Shown here: one piece after another, positions 11,611 to 23,989 of the stretch
Position numbering within the stretch: the stretch's first letter is position 1
Layout of the letters: the number at the start of each line of letters is the position of its first letter
Assembly: GCF_009834535.1 (NCBI RefSeq)
Contig: NC_045696.1
Coordinates: 60,266,001 to 60,330,000 of the forward strand
Length of the DNA stretch: 64,000 bases
Direction: 5' to 3'
From: Camelus ferus
Taxonomy: Eukaryota
Notes under the pieces: generated by a model
The model's input: the letters and a program-made list of their open reading frames with translations, nothing else
What the model was told of the DNA's origin: nothing
Databases searched by the model: none
Translations under genes and position numbers: made by a program

Positions 11611-12516
11611 ATGCAAAAATAAAGTACATTACTTTTCTTATTAAAGAAAAAATTAAACAACAGTTACCTTATGAAGCTCTTGATTTATTTGTTTTTAAAA
11701 TTTGAGAAGACAAATTTGAACCTGGGGCTTTAGACAAAAATCTCCCCAATCCCTCACCCACTGTGGCAAGAAAAGATAAATGCATGTCTCAAAGATAATA
11801 AATAATAAATAAAAGACAATAAATGTCTCAAAATGCCCTTTCTCCAAAGGTCTTTGTTTCACATGAGCAACTGGGAACGGGTGGCCTGTGACATCTTTTG
11901 TTACTTCCAAGTGGCCTCGGCTCAGAACAGCTGGGACTCCTGGTCTATGTAAGCCACACAAAAAAAAAACTCCACTGATTGAGTTGTAGGGACCTGAGGG
12001 AGGGATGTGCCCACAGAGGACACATAGAAGGCCAGGACTGGACTTGTCTTCAGGTACCAACCCAGTGCCCCATCCTCTACCCTGCACTGTCCCCAAGCAA
12101 GGAGAGAATCAGGTAACAGTGTGGGACAGGAAACAGGGCTACAAGTCTGCTGACCAGCAAAGCACATCTAAGGCTCTGTGCTCTCAGCCAACATGGAGTC
12201 ATTTGTTGGTGTAGGGAAGCTGGTGCTGTCCACACACTGGTGGGGAGGCGGGCTAGGCACCGCCACCAGCTCCCACCCAGTTCTTCCTCCCCACCCAACC
12301 CAAACAAACCCTGTGCTGTGCGCTCACGCCCTTCAGGGAGCCCCCACAGCACTGGCAGTCCTGTGCTTGCTGCCCTCATCTGGGTGGGGAGGGAAGGGTG
12401 GCTTGAATGAGAGAGAGTGATTCAGGAAGGAGGCCACTTGTGCACGAGGAGTTCTGAGCAGGAACTCCTGGGGAGATGGGGGAATGAACAAGAGCTTTGA
12501 AAACTAGGCATCAGAC

Positions 12517-12686
12517 TAGTGATTCTCCACTCTGGCTGGAGATTAGAACTGCAGAGGGAGTTTTTACAAAACAGTGCCTGGAACCCACCTACCTAATCAG
12601 AACCTCTGGCCATCGGGCCAGGGCATCAGGATTCTTTAAAAGCTCCCCAGGGGATCTGAATTTGCAGCCAGGGTGGAAAACCACTG
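12517..12686. mobile_element. MER5-family hAT MITE
   Basis: Ends tagtgattctcca and ggtggaaaaccactg; internal tttaaaagctccccaggggatctgaatttgcagccag. Confidence 0.75.
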
Positions 12687-13861
12687 CCCTAACCTTAGTG
12701 CAGCAGGAATAGTCCATGTAAGGGTTTAGAAGCAGAGGGACATGATCAAAGTCGTGGCTCAAGAAGCAGTTACTGTGTACCAGCTGGCACTGTGCTGAGC
12801 TCGCAGAGATAAGGAAGATGTACATGGTTCCTGCCCTTGACTAGCCAGCAAATTAGGAGAAAAGACAGATCCATAAATAAGTAAAATATAAAGGAAGGTG
12901 TTTGACGTAAGTATGAATCCAGTGCTCCGAGAGCATTGAGGATTTTCTGGAGAAAGCTTTCTTAGGGGGGTGACGTTAGAATTCTTTCCTGAAGGATGTC
13001 TAGGAGTTTACCAAGCAAGGAAAACATTCTGAGTGGAAGAAAGCGTATTATACAGGCGCTGAGTCCTACAAAGACCTGCTGTGTTCAGCACAATACGGGG
13101 CGTGTGCGGAGAGGAGGCTGGATAGAATGAGGAAGGCAACCACCAAGGGCCTGACGCTATCCGAGCTCTCTGTATTTGAAAACTGAGTTAGAGAGAGCAG
13201 ATTAGAGACAGGGAGGGAGGAGGAGCACTCAGCCACACTAGTGATCTTGACATGAAGTGATGAAGGATTGGACCAAGGAATTGATGGTGGGAATGAGGAA
13301 GAGAGCTACCCAAGAGATGTTTCAAAAAAATGCAAAAGAATTTGGTAACAACAGATGAAAGGAAAGGAGAGACCAACGTGAGTTCCCAGTAACTGACCTG
13401 AGACAGCAAGATAACAGGAGAGTGTGGCCTTTGCAAAGATAAGATGCCGGGTAGATTACTTGAATTTTGTGTAACTTCAAGACCGTTTCATAGAGATGTG
13501 TGCAAAAGGTTAGCTGAAGGGCACAAGCTGGGTTTAGAGGGAAGGAGGGAAAATATAAGAAAGTAGAATATCCAGGTATGACCATATATACCAGGCATTT
13601 GGCAGGGGAAGAAAGAAAAATGGGGTGGCACCTGGCAGATCAGGCTCAAGGTGTGTGTTTGCCAGGACTGAGCCGTGTTTGGGTAAAAACAGAAGGACGA
13701 GTCAGAGGCAGCCGAGGTGCTAGGTCCATGAGGTGCAAAGCATGGCGTCCAACAAAGGAGGAGAGTTCATCTTCAGGAATAGCAGGCGTTTCTTATTGGA
13801 GATACAGATGTCTGAGGAAACTCACTCCCAAGGATGTAGATCCCTATCAAAACTCGCTAAA

Positions 13862-14136
13862 GCAGGGGCCAGGAAATTTTTTCCATAAGGGGCCAGAGAG
13901 TCAGTACTTTCGGTTTTGTGGACCATATGGTCTCAATTCTGCCGCTGGAGAGGGAAGGCACCCATAGACAGTCTGTGAATGAATGGGTGTGGCTGTGCGC
14001 CAATAAAACTTTATTTTCAAAAACAGGCAGTGAGTAAAATGGTTATTTTTATTTTATATGAATTTCACCTCAATTTCAAAAACAATAGACTCTGGGCTTG
14101 ATCTGGCCCACAGGGCTATAGTTTGCCAACACCTGC
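13862..14136. mobile_element. MER58A-like hAT MITE with an internal AT-rich insert
   Basis: caggggccaggaaattttttccataaggggccag...ccaataaaactttatttt...ggcccacagggctatagtttgccaacacctg. Confidence 0.75.
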
Positions 14137-14171
14137 TCTGCAGGTGGAGGAGGAGCAGGGTAGGGGGTGGT

Positions 14172-14243
14172 GGACTGAGGAGTGGGAGGGGGAACTGAGG
14201 AGCTGGGTGGGGACTGAGGAGTGGAGGGGGACTGAGGAGCAGG
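14172..14243. repeat. G-rich minisatellite, four copies of an 18-20 bp unit
   Basis: ACTGAGGAG starts at 14174, 14194, 14213 and 14231, separated by G-runs. Confidence 0.85.
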
Positions 14244-14289
14244 TGCGGACTTAGGGTCTGGGCTGGCCTCCATGGGGACCATGAACAAT

Positions 14290-14470
14290 GAATGATATGA
14301 ATTCAAATCCAGCATGACCACTTACTAGCTAATGACAACTTTCCTGAGCCTCAGTTTCTTCATCTGTAAAATGGGGGAAATAGCAGTACCTACCCCACTG
14401 AGCTACTGTGACGATCAAAAGAGACAATGAATATGGGTGTCCAGCATAACACCTGGCTTACTAAGGATTT
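14290..14470 (+). mobile_element. MIR SINE
   Basis: ttcaaatccagc...cacttactagct...ctgagcctcagtttcttcatctgtaaaatggggg. Confidence 0.75.
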
Positions 14471-14954
14471 TCTTACTTATGAGGAATGACCATGAATTGC
14501 AGGACCCTAGCTGCAGATGGGTGCTGTGACCGTGGAGCCCAGGCAGGCAGGGAGCTCTAGCATCCTGAGACGTGGGACTGGAAGGAAAGGAGGAGTTGGG
14601 AGCTGGAGTGAGAGGTGCGGGGTGGGGCTGTACCAGCTGGTGGCAGCTGGTGAGTACCCAGGTCTCCAAAGAGACCCACAGCTGCAAACACACACACCTG
14701 TGCACACACTTTCACACCAAGGTGGTGCCACCCAACTTCACTGTTCTCAGCAGAACAAGATTCTGTAGTGCTTTTTCTCTGGCTAATCGTCCATGGGGAA
14801 GTGCCCCCCCTGCAGTCTGGTCTATCAGAGCCCAGCATGGACCAGCACATACACATGGAGCTCTGGCTGGGGACTGCTGCTGCCCATCACAGAGCCTGCA
14901 GCTGATGGAAACAATAGGACCCAGACTCAGGTCAGCCCAAAGCCTTTCTACCTG

Positions 14955-15850
14955 TGCTTCTCAAACTTCAGAGAATCACCTGGGGGAGGAGTTACTTTAA
15001 AATGTATGTCATAGCAGTATAGAGGTTTCTTAAAAAACTAAAAATAGACTTACCATATGATCCAGAAATCCTACTCCTGGGAATGTATCCAGAGAAAACT
15101 ATAATTTGAAAAGACACATGCACCCAAATATTCATAGCAGCACTATTTACAGTAGCCAAGACATGGGAACAACCTAAATGTCCATTGACAGATGATTGGA
15201 TAAAGAAGATGTGGCATATATATATATATATACACATATATATTTTTTCACACACACATGCATTCATATATATAATGGAATAGTACTTAGCCATAAAAAA
15301 GAATGAAATAATGCCATTTGCAGCAACACAGATGGACCTAGAAATTATCATATTAAGTGAAGTAAGTCAGACAGAGAAAGACAAATATCACATATCACTT
15401 ATACGTGGAATCTAAAAAAAGATACAAATCTTATTTACAAACCAAAAATAAACTCATGGACATAGAAAACAAACTGTGGTTACCAAAGAGGAAAGGGCAG
15501 GAGAGGGATAAATAAGGAGTTCAAGATTAACAGATACATGCTATGTAAAACAGATAAACAACAAGGTCCTACTATATAGCACCAGGAACTATATTCAATT
15601 TCTTGTAATAACATATAATGGAAAAGAATCTGAATATATATATACATATATCTGAATCACCTTGCCATACACCTGAAACTAACATTGTAAATCAACTATA
15701 CTTCAATAAAAAATAAAAATTTAAAAAATGTATGTACTAGGCCCCACCCAAGAAATTCTGGTTTAGTAGGTCTGGGAAGGGCCCAGGAAACTGCATTTTA
15801 GCAGGAATCCCAGTTCATTTTTTGTATCAGTGAGCTGGGAACCACTCTTT
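14955..15850. mobile_element. MER5A-like MITE split in two by the L1 at 15010-15724
   Basis: Left half tgcttctcaaacttcagagaatcacctggg; right half ggccccacccaagaaattctggtttagtaggtctggg...ctgcattttagcagg...ggaaccactcttt. Confidence 0.7.
15010..15724 (+). mobile_element. 5'-truncated L1 (end of ORF2 plus 3'UTR) with an 11-bp TSD
   Basis: atatgatccagaaatcctactcctggg...gcagcaacacagatggacctagaaattatc...cttcaataaaaaataaaa. TSD aaaatgtatgt at 14999-15009 and 15725-15735, at a TT|AAAA site. Confidence 0.92.
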
Positions 15851-16778
15851 CAGGAAGAAGTCTTTATACGCTTACCTCGGAACGTAGATGTAGGATGGAG
15901 TAATGGGATCCCCAAATTTGTCCCTGGGGCTGCAGCCATAGAACAGGGCTGACCCCTATCTCTTATGCCTCCTCCTACTGCTCATGAGGAAAAGATAAGC
16001 TCAGGTTAGGTGTCTTAGGATAACATAACTAATTCTAAAACAGATGGGAAGATATTCCAGGGCACTGTATTTACCCAGGAAGGTAAAACACCAGTCCAGA
16101 GAAGAGGTGATCCAGTGCCCTCAGTCTATAAGAAAATGGGATAGATAATTCTTCCTCTCGGAACACTTTGGTTGAACCATCCAAGTGCAGTCTATTGCAA
16201 GCCCTGTTTCCTCCCCTCCTGGCCATCCAAGAAGTCTATGCCCAGTTCCTGCTTCTTCATCCCCAGAACACAAACTGAGCTGCAGACTACTGGGGCAGCA
16301 ATCGCTGTCATCTGGTTTCACAGATTCTGAATTTAAAAAAAATGGCTTTACACATATAAGACATTCAATAAATACTTGCTAAGTAAATGATTGAATGAAT
16401 CTATGATGAGTTGCATGAGTTGACAGGGCACATTAAAAAGTACTTCAAACCATGAATTGGGATGATTTAAAACTGAAGATATGCCTCTACTACTGAAGGT
16501 CTTTTGATCTGGTTGGGCGAAAAAAAAAAAAAACCAACACAAATTAAAAGATGCAAAACTACAGAGTTGCTCAGTACACCTACACACATGCACATACACA
16601 CACATGCACATGCACACACACGTACAGTTTATCTAAATAAATTCTGTTCCTTCAAATCAGCACCTTGACAGGACTTACAGAATTATTCCAGTGACTGTCA
16701 GTCCTCAGAACGTGTTGTGTTGGGATCTCACCTTTGGAAGTTGTCTCAGGAGTCAGTTTGCTTTATGGTCACACCTCA

Positions 16779-17017
16779 TTTTTGACCCAAAGAAGATGAT
16801 CTAGCTTGAGCAGTATCCTTATTCCTAGATTTGGTTCTAAGTCATTCTTGGTGCTTCCAGAAATCAAACCCTCAAAAGATAAAAATTCATCATTCATGAG
16901 AATATTGAAAGGGCCTGAAGAGAATACTGAAAATGGAATTCCAAGCATGATTTAAAGAATGGGAGAATTGTTGGCTCAAACGTGTAATTTCCTACAGAGG
17001 GCAGAGCTCTGAAGGGG
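16779..17017 (+). mobile_element. Mariner transposase C-terminal fossil (MARNA-like)
   Basis: With frameshifts it reads KKMI*LEQYPYS/DLVLSHSWCFQK...EFQA*FKEWENCWLKRV...EG, collinear with the mariner HPPYSPDLAPSDFWLF...FQKCFEQW..RWNKCI...YFEG motif. Confidence 0.7.
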
Positions 17018-17099
17018 TTAGCCTACTCAGGGCAGATCAGGAGACTAACTCATCTGCCACCAATGAAGAGCCCAGTCCAGACATTCTCATCCTGAGCAC

Positions 17100-17511
17100 A
17101 GTGGCAGAGACTGGCCAGATGCCAGCCAAACCTGGTCCTCCTCTCCCTGAGCACACAGCTGGCCAGCATTTCCCAGCCAGTCTCCTAATGGCACGTGGGA
17201 GGAAGTGATATGAGCCCTCTTAGCCCTTGAAATCACCACCGCCTCCTCCCTTTCTTCTCTCACCTGCCACTTGGATGCTGAGAATTCAGGGGAAGACCGA
17301 GGGCCTTGAAGATGTTCAGCTACAAAACAGACTGTCAGAGCATGACACTGTGGAGCAGAATGACAGTGGTCCCTAAATGACAGTGTGGAGCAGAGCTCCT
17401 CAACCTCTTCTGACTTAGACTGAAACAGGAGCCAGAGATAAATGTATAAAGTGTCAAGTCACTGAATTTGAGGGCTGTTTGTTGCAGCAGCAAGCCCACC
17501 CTGACCAATAC
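17100..17511 (+). mobile_element. MaLR LTR (MLT1J-like)
   Basis: gtggcagagactggccagatg...catttcccagcc...tcaagtcactgaatttgagggctgtttgttgcagcagcaagcccaccctgaccaataca. Confidence 0.75.
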
Positions 17512-19014
17512 AGACATATAGAGTTACACAGAGTTTCCCATCTGCCAAGCAGTTCAGTTAAAAAGTTGCCAGCATCTATCCTCATGACTTACAGTTTGAG
17601 GACAAGATTTGAAAGCCCTGTTATTTCCTCATCTTCAGCCTCTTAACACATATGGTGTATGTCACACTGCACCGATCAGCATTCATCGAGCCCCTTTGCT
17701 GGCTGCTGGGGGATGACTGCTAATCCTTTGAAACGCCACTCACCCTCAGGGCTGCCCAAAGTGAAGCTGATGTAGACCACATGGCCCATATTTTAAGCCA
17801 GTCTTCACATGTGGTGAGCCCAGCTTCTTTTTATAGAGAACCATCCCTAACAGACACAAACAGGAAAGTGCACGTGTGTGTGCACACGTGTGTTTTTAAA
17901 GAAACAGTTAAAAAGTGAGAAAAGCCCAGGCTCTCCACTATTTTAGACACTCCCATTCAGAGAACCACTCTGCCTCTTTTAGAAGGAGGCTGTGGTCACC
18001 CTCACCTCAATGAATGGTGGTGGGTAGTCAACTGCTATCCACCCTCCACTCACCCCAGCCCATCAGACCAGGGAACAGGGAAAGGGAACCAGCCTTGCTG
18101 TGAGATGGGCTGCATGCCCAGGAGCACAGCCAACTGGGGACCTCCTGATGCTGGTGGGCCTTTCTTGCCATCTGCTTCGACTTCTACTTGAATGTGACCT
18201 TCCCCACTGCCCCAAGAAGAGTACCTGGTCCAGAGTCAGAGGCTTACACCACTACTTGCTGCCTGAAACTGACAGTCATCTATTTCTGCTTGTGAATCCC
18301 CTCAAAGGAGCCCAGGTACATCTCTCAGATGCAGGCTGCTGAGCAGTGTGTGGTGAGTACAAACTTATGCATTTCTCTGTCTGCAGAGATATGCAAACAG
18401 TATGGTGTAACCGCCAGCCCGTGCAACCACCACATCTGATCCTCTCCTCTTGGGCATCCACGTGGACACAGAGGGGATAAGACATAGCAAGAAGTGGGTT
18501 ATTTGCTCAAAAGTAAGCCATCGTTCAAAAGAACTGGAAACAGGGTAGGTTTTTGTTTGTTTGTTTGTTTGTTTGTTTGATGTTTAAGGAAATTCCCCAA
18601 GGCTCTGGGAAGGGAAGGAGAAGCCTGAAAGTGGTTTAGGGGCACGGCCAAATGAGTTTGATAAGCCAAGAGGGTGAGCGAGGAGGCAGAATTGAAATGG
18701 TGATCAGGTGCGGACCGTTGGGTCGCTGCGCTCTGACTGAGCATGCGCAGATTCCCTGCTGTCGGCTGGATAGTGTCCCACTTTGCGGATTCTGATGCGG
18801 ATACAGCATGGCCCGCTGAAGCAGGAGGGCTCCGCTCTGCTCTGCAACCTCAGGCCAGCAGATGCCAAGAACCACTGCAGTTCCCATAGACTCTTTCTTC
18901 TTTCTGTATTGCCCACAGTAAGTGACACGGAATTAGCAGGGGTGATGGGAGAACACTTTTCTGACACCTCCGCCATCTTGCGTTCCTCCAAAAAATTGTG
19001 TCTTGTTTGGCTTA

Positions 19015-19140
19015 GTACTCACAACTCCACTTGGAGGCAGGCAGGAATTATAATTCCCATTTTACAGAGAAGGAAATCAAGGTGCAGAGAGGTTAAGAAG
19101 CCTACCCCATGTGGTGGAGACAGGGTTCAAACAGATTTTC
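19015..19140 (-). mobile_element. MIR SINE fragment
   Basis: attataattcccattttacagagaaggaaatcaaggtgcagagaggttaag. Confidence 0.7.
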
Positions 19141-19489
19141 TTCCCCCATTCCCATGAATTTGCAACTATACCACCCCCTCCCCCTCAGATGAGCCCACTT
19201 AAAGATCAAAGGTAGGAAGCAGTTAAGATCTACATTCTCTTGCTTTGATCCTTCTGTGTTGTCTTTGTTCACCTTATTCCCTAGGTTCACAAGACTTCCC
19301 ATATCCTCTGACCAACCTGGTTCGAAACTCACTTCCTCCAAGAAGTCCTCTGGATTTCTTCCTCACTTGGTGTCTCCCCAGTACTGGTGAACTCAACTTG
19401 CAGCATATCGTTTGGCTGGATGCTGTGCTACTGTGTAGCTCTGCTCCAGCCCTTTCCCTGTGCACCTCCAGTGTCTCCCCTGCTTCCCA

Positions 19490-19963
19490 CCCCACAAAGA
19501 TGGTCAAGTCCTAATCCTCAGAAACTGGGAAATAGTTACGTATATGGGAACTTTGGTGGTGTGATTAAATTAAGGATCTTGAGATGGGGAGATTATGCTG
19601 GATTATCCAGGGGGGCCCAACCCAATCACATGGGTCCTTAAAAGCAGAGAGGGAGGCAGGAGAGTTAGAGAAGATGTGATGACAGAAGCAGAGATCAGAG
19701 TAAGTGGGATTGCGGACCACTGGCTTCGAAGATGGAAGGGGCAACCACCAAGAAACACAGGCAGGCGCTAGAAGCTGGAATAAGCTAGGAAATGGATTCT
19801 CCCCTAGACCTTCCAGAAGGAACCCAGCCCTGCCAATGCCTTTTTTGTCCTGTGAGACCCATTTCAGACTTCTGACCTCTAGAACTTTGAGAGAGTACAT
19901 TTATGTTGTTGTAAGCCACTAAACTGGGGGTAATTTGCTACAGCAGCAATAGGAATGTAATCC
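19490..19963 (+). mobile_element. MaLR LTR (MLT1D-like)
   Basis: gtgattaaattaaggatcttgagatggggagattatgctggattatccag...ctagaagctgga...gacttctgacctctagaact...gtaatttgctacagcagcaatagga. Confidence 0.85.
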
Positions 19964-21418
19964 ATCAGGACTGCATGTTCTAATTGTTTTATTCCTATCT
20001 CCACCTCACCCCCTACCACCCGACAAACCAAACCCACCAGGCACTGGGACAGTTAGTTCTCAGCATGCCATGGGGGCTCTATGAACCTCCGGTGACCGGT
20101 GCCTGCCCCTGCCAAGTTCAAGGATGCTTCCTCAGCCTTTCCTCCCACGTGCTCTGACCTCAGGAGGGCCACCCCCCACACCGGACCTCTCTCCCCTCCC
20201 CAGTGTAGGAGAGCAGAAACAGCAACACAGTGTCAGGGAAAGAGCAGATCTGAAGCTGGACTGTTCCTGAGCCTAGATGATGCACACACGGTGTGGTACA
20301 AGCCCTTTCCGGACCTGGCCTTTGCCTGCCTTTCCAGGACTTCTCTTGCCTGGCACTGCCTCACGCCAACACCCCTGAAACCCTGAATCACCCTTCAGCC
20401 CCCATACATGTTTGATCATGCTGTCCCCTCTGGTGGGAATGCCCTGCCTCTCCCCTCTCCCCCTCTAAGTACGTGAACGCAGGTCAGATATCTCCTCCTC
20501 CAGGGAGCCCTCCACCTCCCTGCCTACTGTCAGAATGGCTTAGAGCTTCTCTAGAGCAGACCCCATGTCTGTTCTCACTGCTACTTGGGTCCTTTAGCTC
20601 TCCTCACCTTCCTTCTCCATGAAGAGGGTGGAGCCACCACCCAAGCTCCCTCCCACCACAGCAGAGGAGAGGGAACACAGCTATTCCCACCACCAGCCCA
20701 TCAGTCAGTATTAGCTCCTCCCCATGGGAGCAGGGAGGCTGGTCTGACTGGTCAGAGCTGGCGCCACAGTTCACTGGCGGGCAGGCCCAGGAGCTGAAAG
20801 GTAATGGGTGATCACTGTACCATCTATGCCCATGTGTTAATGGGTGATGAGGCCAGCTGGTCATTCTCTCGATTCCAGACCCTCATCCAAGGGTCTTTGA
20901 GAGAAGTGGACTCTCAGATTCAAGAGGAAGAAAGTTAGACACTACAGGCCTTGTTTCAACCTTCTGACCTCAGCTGCATCCTCCGCTACTGTTCTTGTAC
21001 CCTTGTGAAGGTATTAATACATAAACTGGCACTGTGTTTCCCATCCTTAAATTTACACCTTCCATCAGAAACCTAGAGGGGAGGAAGGAAGGCAAAATCC
21101 TAAACCTCAAATGTCCACACTGACTTATAACTGTACGTGCAGGATGCACCCTGTGGTGTAGGTCAGAGGACTTAAGAGAAGGACTCCCAGAGGCATCTGA
21201 GAGAATGACTCCTGTTCTGGATCCCAGTCCTGAGTTCAAGACTGGTCTAGAACTGGGCAGGACTCACCCTGAAAGTTTGAGGGTGGTGACTGAGGAGTTA
21301 GTTCATCTCTGCCTGAATGGCCTATGATCCTATTTTTACATTATAAAGCTCTGAGATTGGTGAGGTGTGCTTGACTCAGGTGAGGTGGTCTCAGGCATGT
21401 GTACAGTTGCTTGAGCCA

Positions 21419-21538
21419 TGGATGGGTGGGTGGATGGGTAGACCAATGGGTGGGTCAGTGGCTGGGTGGATGGGTGGGTGAATGATGGGTCAATGGATGA
21501 GTGGGTGGATGGTTAGATGGATGGATCATCAGATGGAT
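21419..21538. repeat. Degenerate (GGAT/GGGT)n simple repeat
   Basis: ggatgggtgggtggatgggta...gggtggatggttagatggatggatc read directly. Confidence 0.8.
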
Positions 21539-21822
21539 AAACTGGCAGAGTGTGGCCTGAAGGGAGACATTCACAGTCCCAGAAGATCTGATATGACCCT
21601 CACTCATTCAGACCTTCTTACTACAACTGTGCATTCTTCGGTGAAACCTTTAGTCTAGGAATCTGCCCCTTTGTCTGTTTAAGAGAATGTTGCTACTCTC
21701 ACTGCCATATATCCTGACTGTGCTGACATTTTTAGCATTCTTTAGATAAGTCAACGCTGTCTGGAAGATCTAGTGTCATCTGTGTCTCACCCTTCTGGCA
21801 ACCTGAACTTACTGCAGACCTC

Positions 21823-22337
21823 TGTCATACACGGACTGGATACAACACCTCCTATGTGCCACCTCAGATCCTCTCTGCCCCACCTGATTCTGGGGCTGAG
21901 GCGGGTCCATCTCAGCCATCACTGCAGCAGTCAGTTCTGTGGGGCTCCCAGCAATTTCATGCACACAAACCCAATAGCACCTCATGCCCACAAGGCAGCT
22001 GCTTGCTGCAGAACTTGCTAGGTACTCACACAAGTTCACATCACAAGTGCAGGGAGGCTTAACGCCCCTCATGGCTAGCCTTTGACTCTGAGGAACCAGT
22101 GGATGAATTCTCACCCTTTCCTCCCTCTGCAAGGGGGTCACGAGACACAGATGTTCCTATGGTCTCCCAGAAGTGTCCTCTGAGACTAAGAGCGCAGTTG
22201 TACACAATACTAAAGGGTCACTAACCCAGTGCCATGCCTCCTTCCCTTTCCACTCTTTTCTCTCACTCCTCCTGGCTGTGCCCCCCAGTAAAGCAAAAGC
22301 ACATCTGCCTCTGCTTTCTGGGGGCCCAGGCTAAGAC
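21823..22337 (+). mobile_element. ERVL solo LTR (LTR16-like)
   Basis: tgtgccacctcagatcc...caagtgcagggaggcttaacgcccc...ctctgctttctgggggcccaggctaagac resembles LTR16 landmarks. Confidence 0.6.
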
Positions 22338-22693
22338 TCGATTCCTGCTTTTCTGATTACTATTACTACTTATATAGTAGAGGATTGGTCAAACACAAGA
22401 TATTTGGATCTAATTAGAGGTTCAGTGTGTTTAGCATCTGCCTCCCACACTAGACTGTGAGCTATTCGTGTTGGTATCCCCAGCAGCGAGTAGAATGCAG
22501 GAATTCTTTATCATACCCATTCTTCTCTTATTCTTTTCCATAAAATTCATCGTATTGGGAAAGTTCTCATCTTGGATACTTGAATCTTCAGCGGTATGTG
22601 GTTTTCAAACCCAGGACCACCTCTTTTAGAGATACTCTTTCAGCTTGTTATGCAGAATTCAAAAAAGTAAAAAGCAGAATCAGTAAAGGCTTC

Positions 22694-23201
22694 CGTGGCA
22701 GGCTGAAAAATGGTGCCCCCAGAGATACTCACATCAATCCTTGTTACCTGTGAATGTTTCCTCATTTGCCAAGGCCTTTGCAGGTGTGATTAAGGTAAGG
22801 CTCCTGAGCTGAGAAGATTATCCTTGATTATCTAGGTGGACCCTAAATGCAGTCACATGTATCCTTATAAGAGGGAGGCAGAGGCCCACTTCACATGCAC
22901 ACAGGAGAAGGCAGTGTGGTCACATTGGGTAGACAGAGATTTGAGAATGTTGTTCTTAAAGATGGGCGTGATGAGGCCACAAGTCAAAGAATGGCAGCAG
23001 CCACTAGAAGCTGGAACAGGCAAGGACCAAATTCTCCACAGGAGCCTCTGGAAGGATCACAGTCCTGCTAACACCTTGATTTCAGCTCAGTGATACTGAT
23101 TTTGGACATCTGGTTTCCAGAACTGTGAGAGAACAAATTTCTGTTGACTTAAGCTACTCAGTTTGTGTAATTTGTTAGAGCAGCCACAGGAAACTAGTGC
23201 A
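22694..23201 (+). mobile_element. MaLR solo LTR (MLT1B/C-like) with a 5-bp TSD
   Basis: Starts cgtggcaggctgaaaaatgg (TG>CG) and ends aggaaactagtgca. TSD gcttc at 22689-22693 and 23202-23206. Confidence 0.88.
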
Positions 23202-23989
23202 GCTTCTTTAAAAGGGCCTTCAGAGATCACCAACTCAGCCTTTTATGAATACAGTCTGGCTTTTTATGATTTCTCACGTGCTTGTAGCTAACGTGGTCTT
23301 TGCTTTCTTTACACAGTTTCTAATGATGGTTGGAAGTCTGGTATTTAACCCCAAAGGTACATGAACAATAATTATAAACTAGATCTCACTGTGAACAGTA
23401 ACCATAAACCAGATCTCATTTGTTTAGGAGAGGATGTTGAGATATAACTGGCCCCTCATGACATTCCCACCCCCAACTCGCTTTAAGCTTGTTTCATCCA
23501 ACAGGTCAGCGTTTCTCAAAATGGGATCCAAGGGTCGCCTGCGTTGAATCACCTGAGGCACTCATCAAAAATGTACCATCCTGGACTCGCCCCCAAGCTC
23601 ATCTCCAGGATCAAGGTGCAGAAATCAAGCATCCCAGGTTTCTTAGCCCACTGACTTTGAGAACCTCTATGACAGAAGAAAGGGGTCAGAACTGACTAAA
23701 TAGGAATTCCCTCCAGGGCTCAGAGGTAAAACCAGTGACACTGGGCTATGTGCTGAACTCATGCCGGGGCGGCCACTGCCATGGCCCCCAGACTGGATGC
23801 CTGTGATGATGGCCACGCTGAGCTTATAGAAGAACCAAAATAGTCCTGTCCCCTCATGTGTTCATTCTGCAAAACGGCTGCAAAGGTGTCCAGAGCGCAG
23901 GGCACCACACATGGTTTGGAGAACATGAGTCAGCATTAAGTAATTCATGGTAATTTAACTTTTTAATCAAAAAGACCTTGACGAAACAA

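Noticed and set aside
5567..18597. Three perfect NF-kB sites upstream of HEG1 (5567, 10145, 18588)
   Set aside because: GGGRNWYYCC is expected roughly once per 8 kb over both strands, so three in this span is not clearly enriched.
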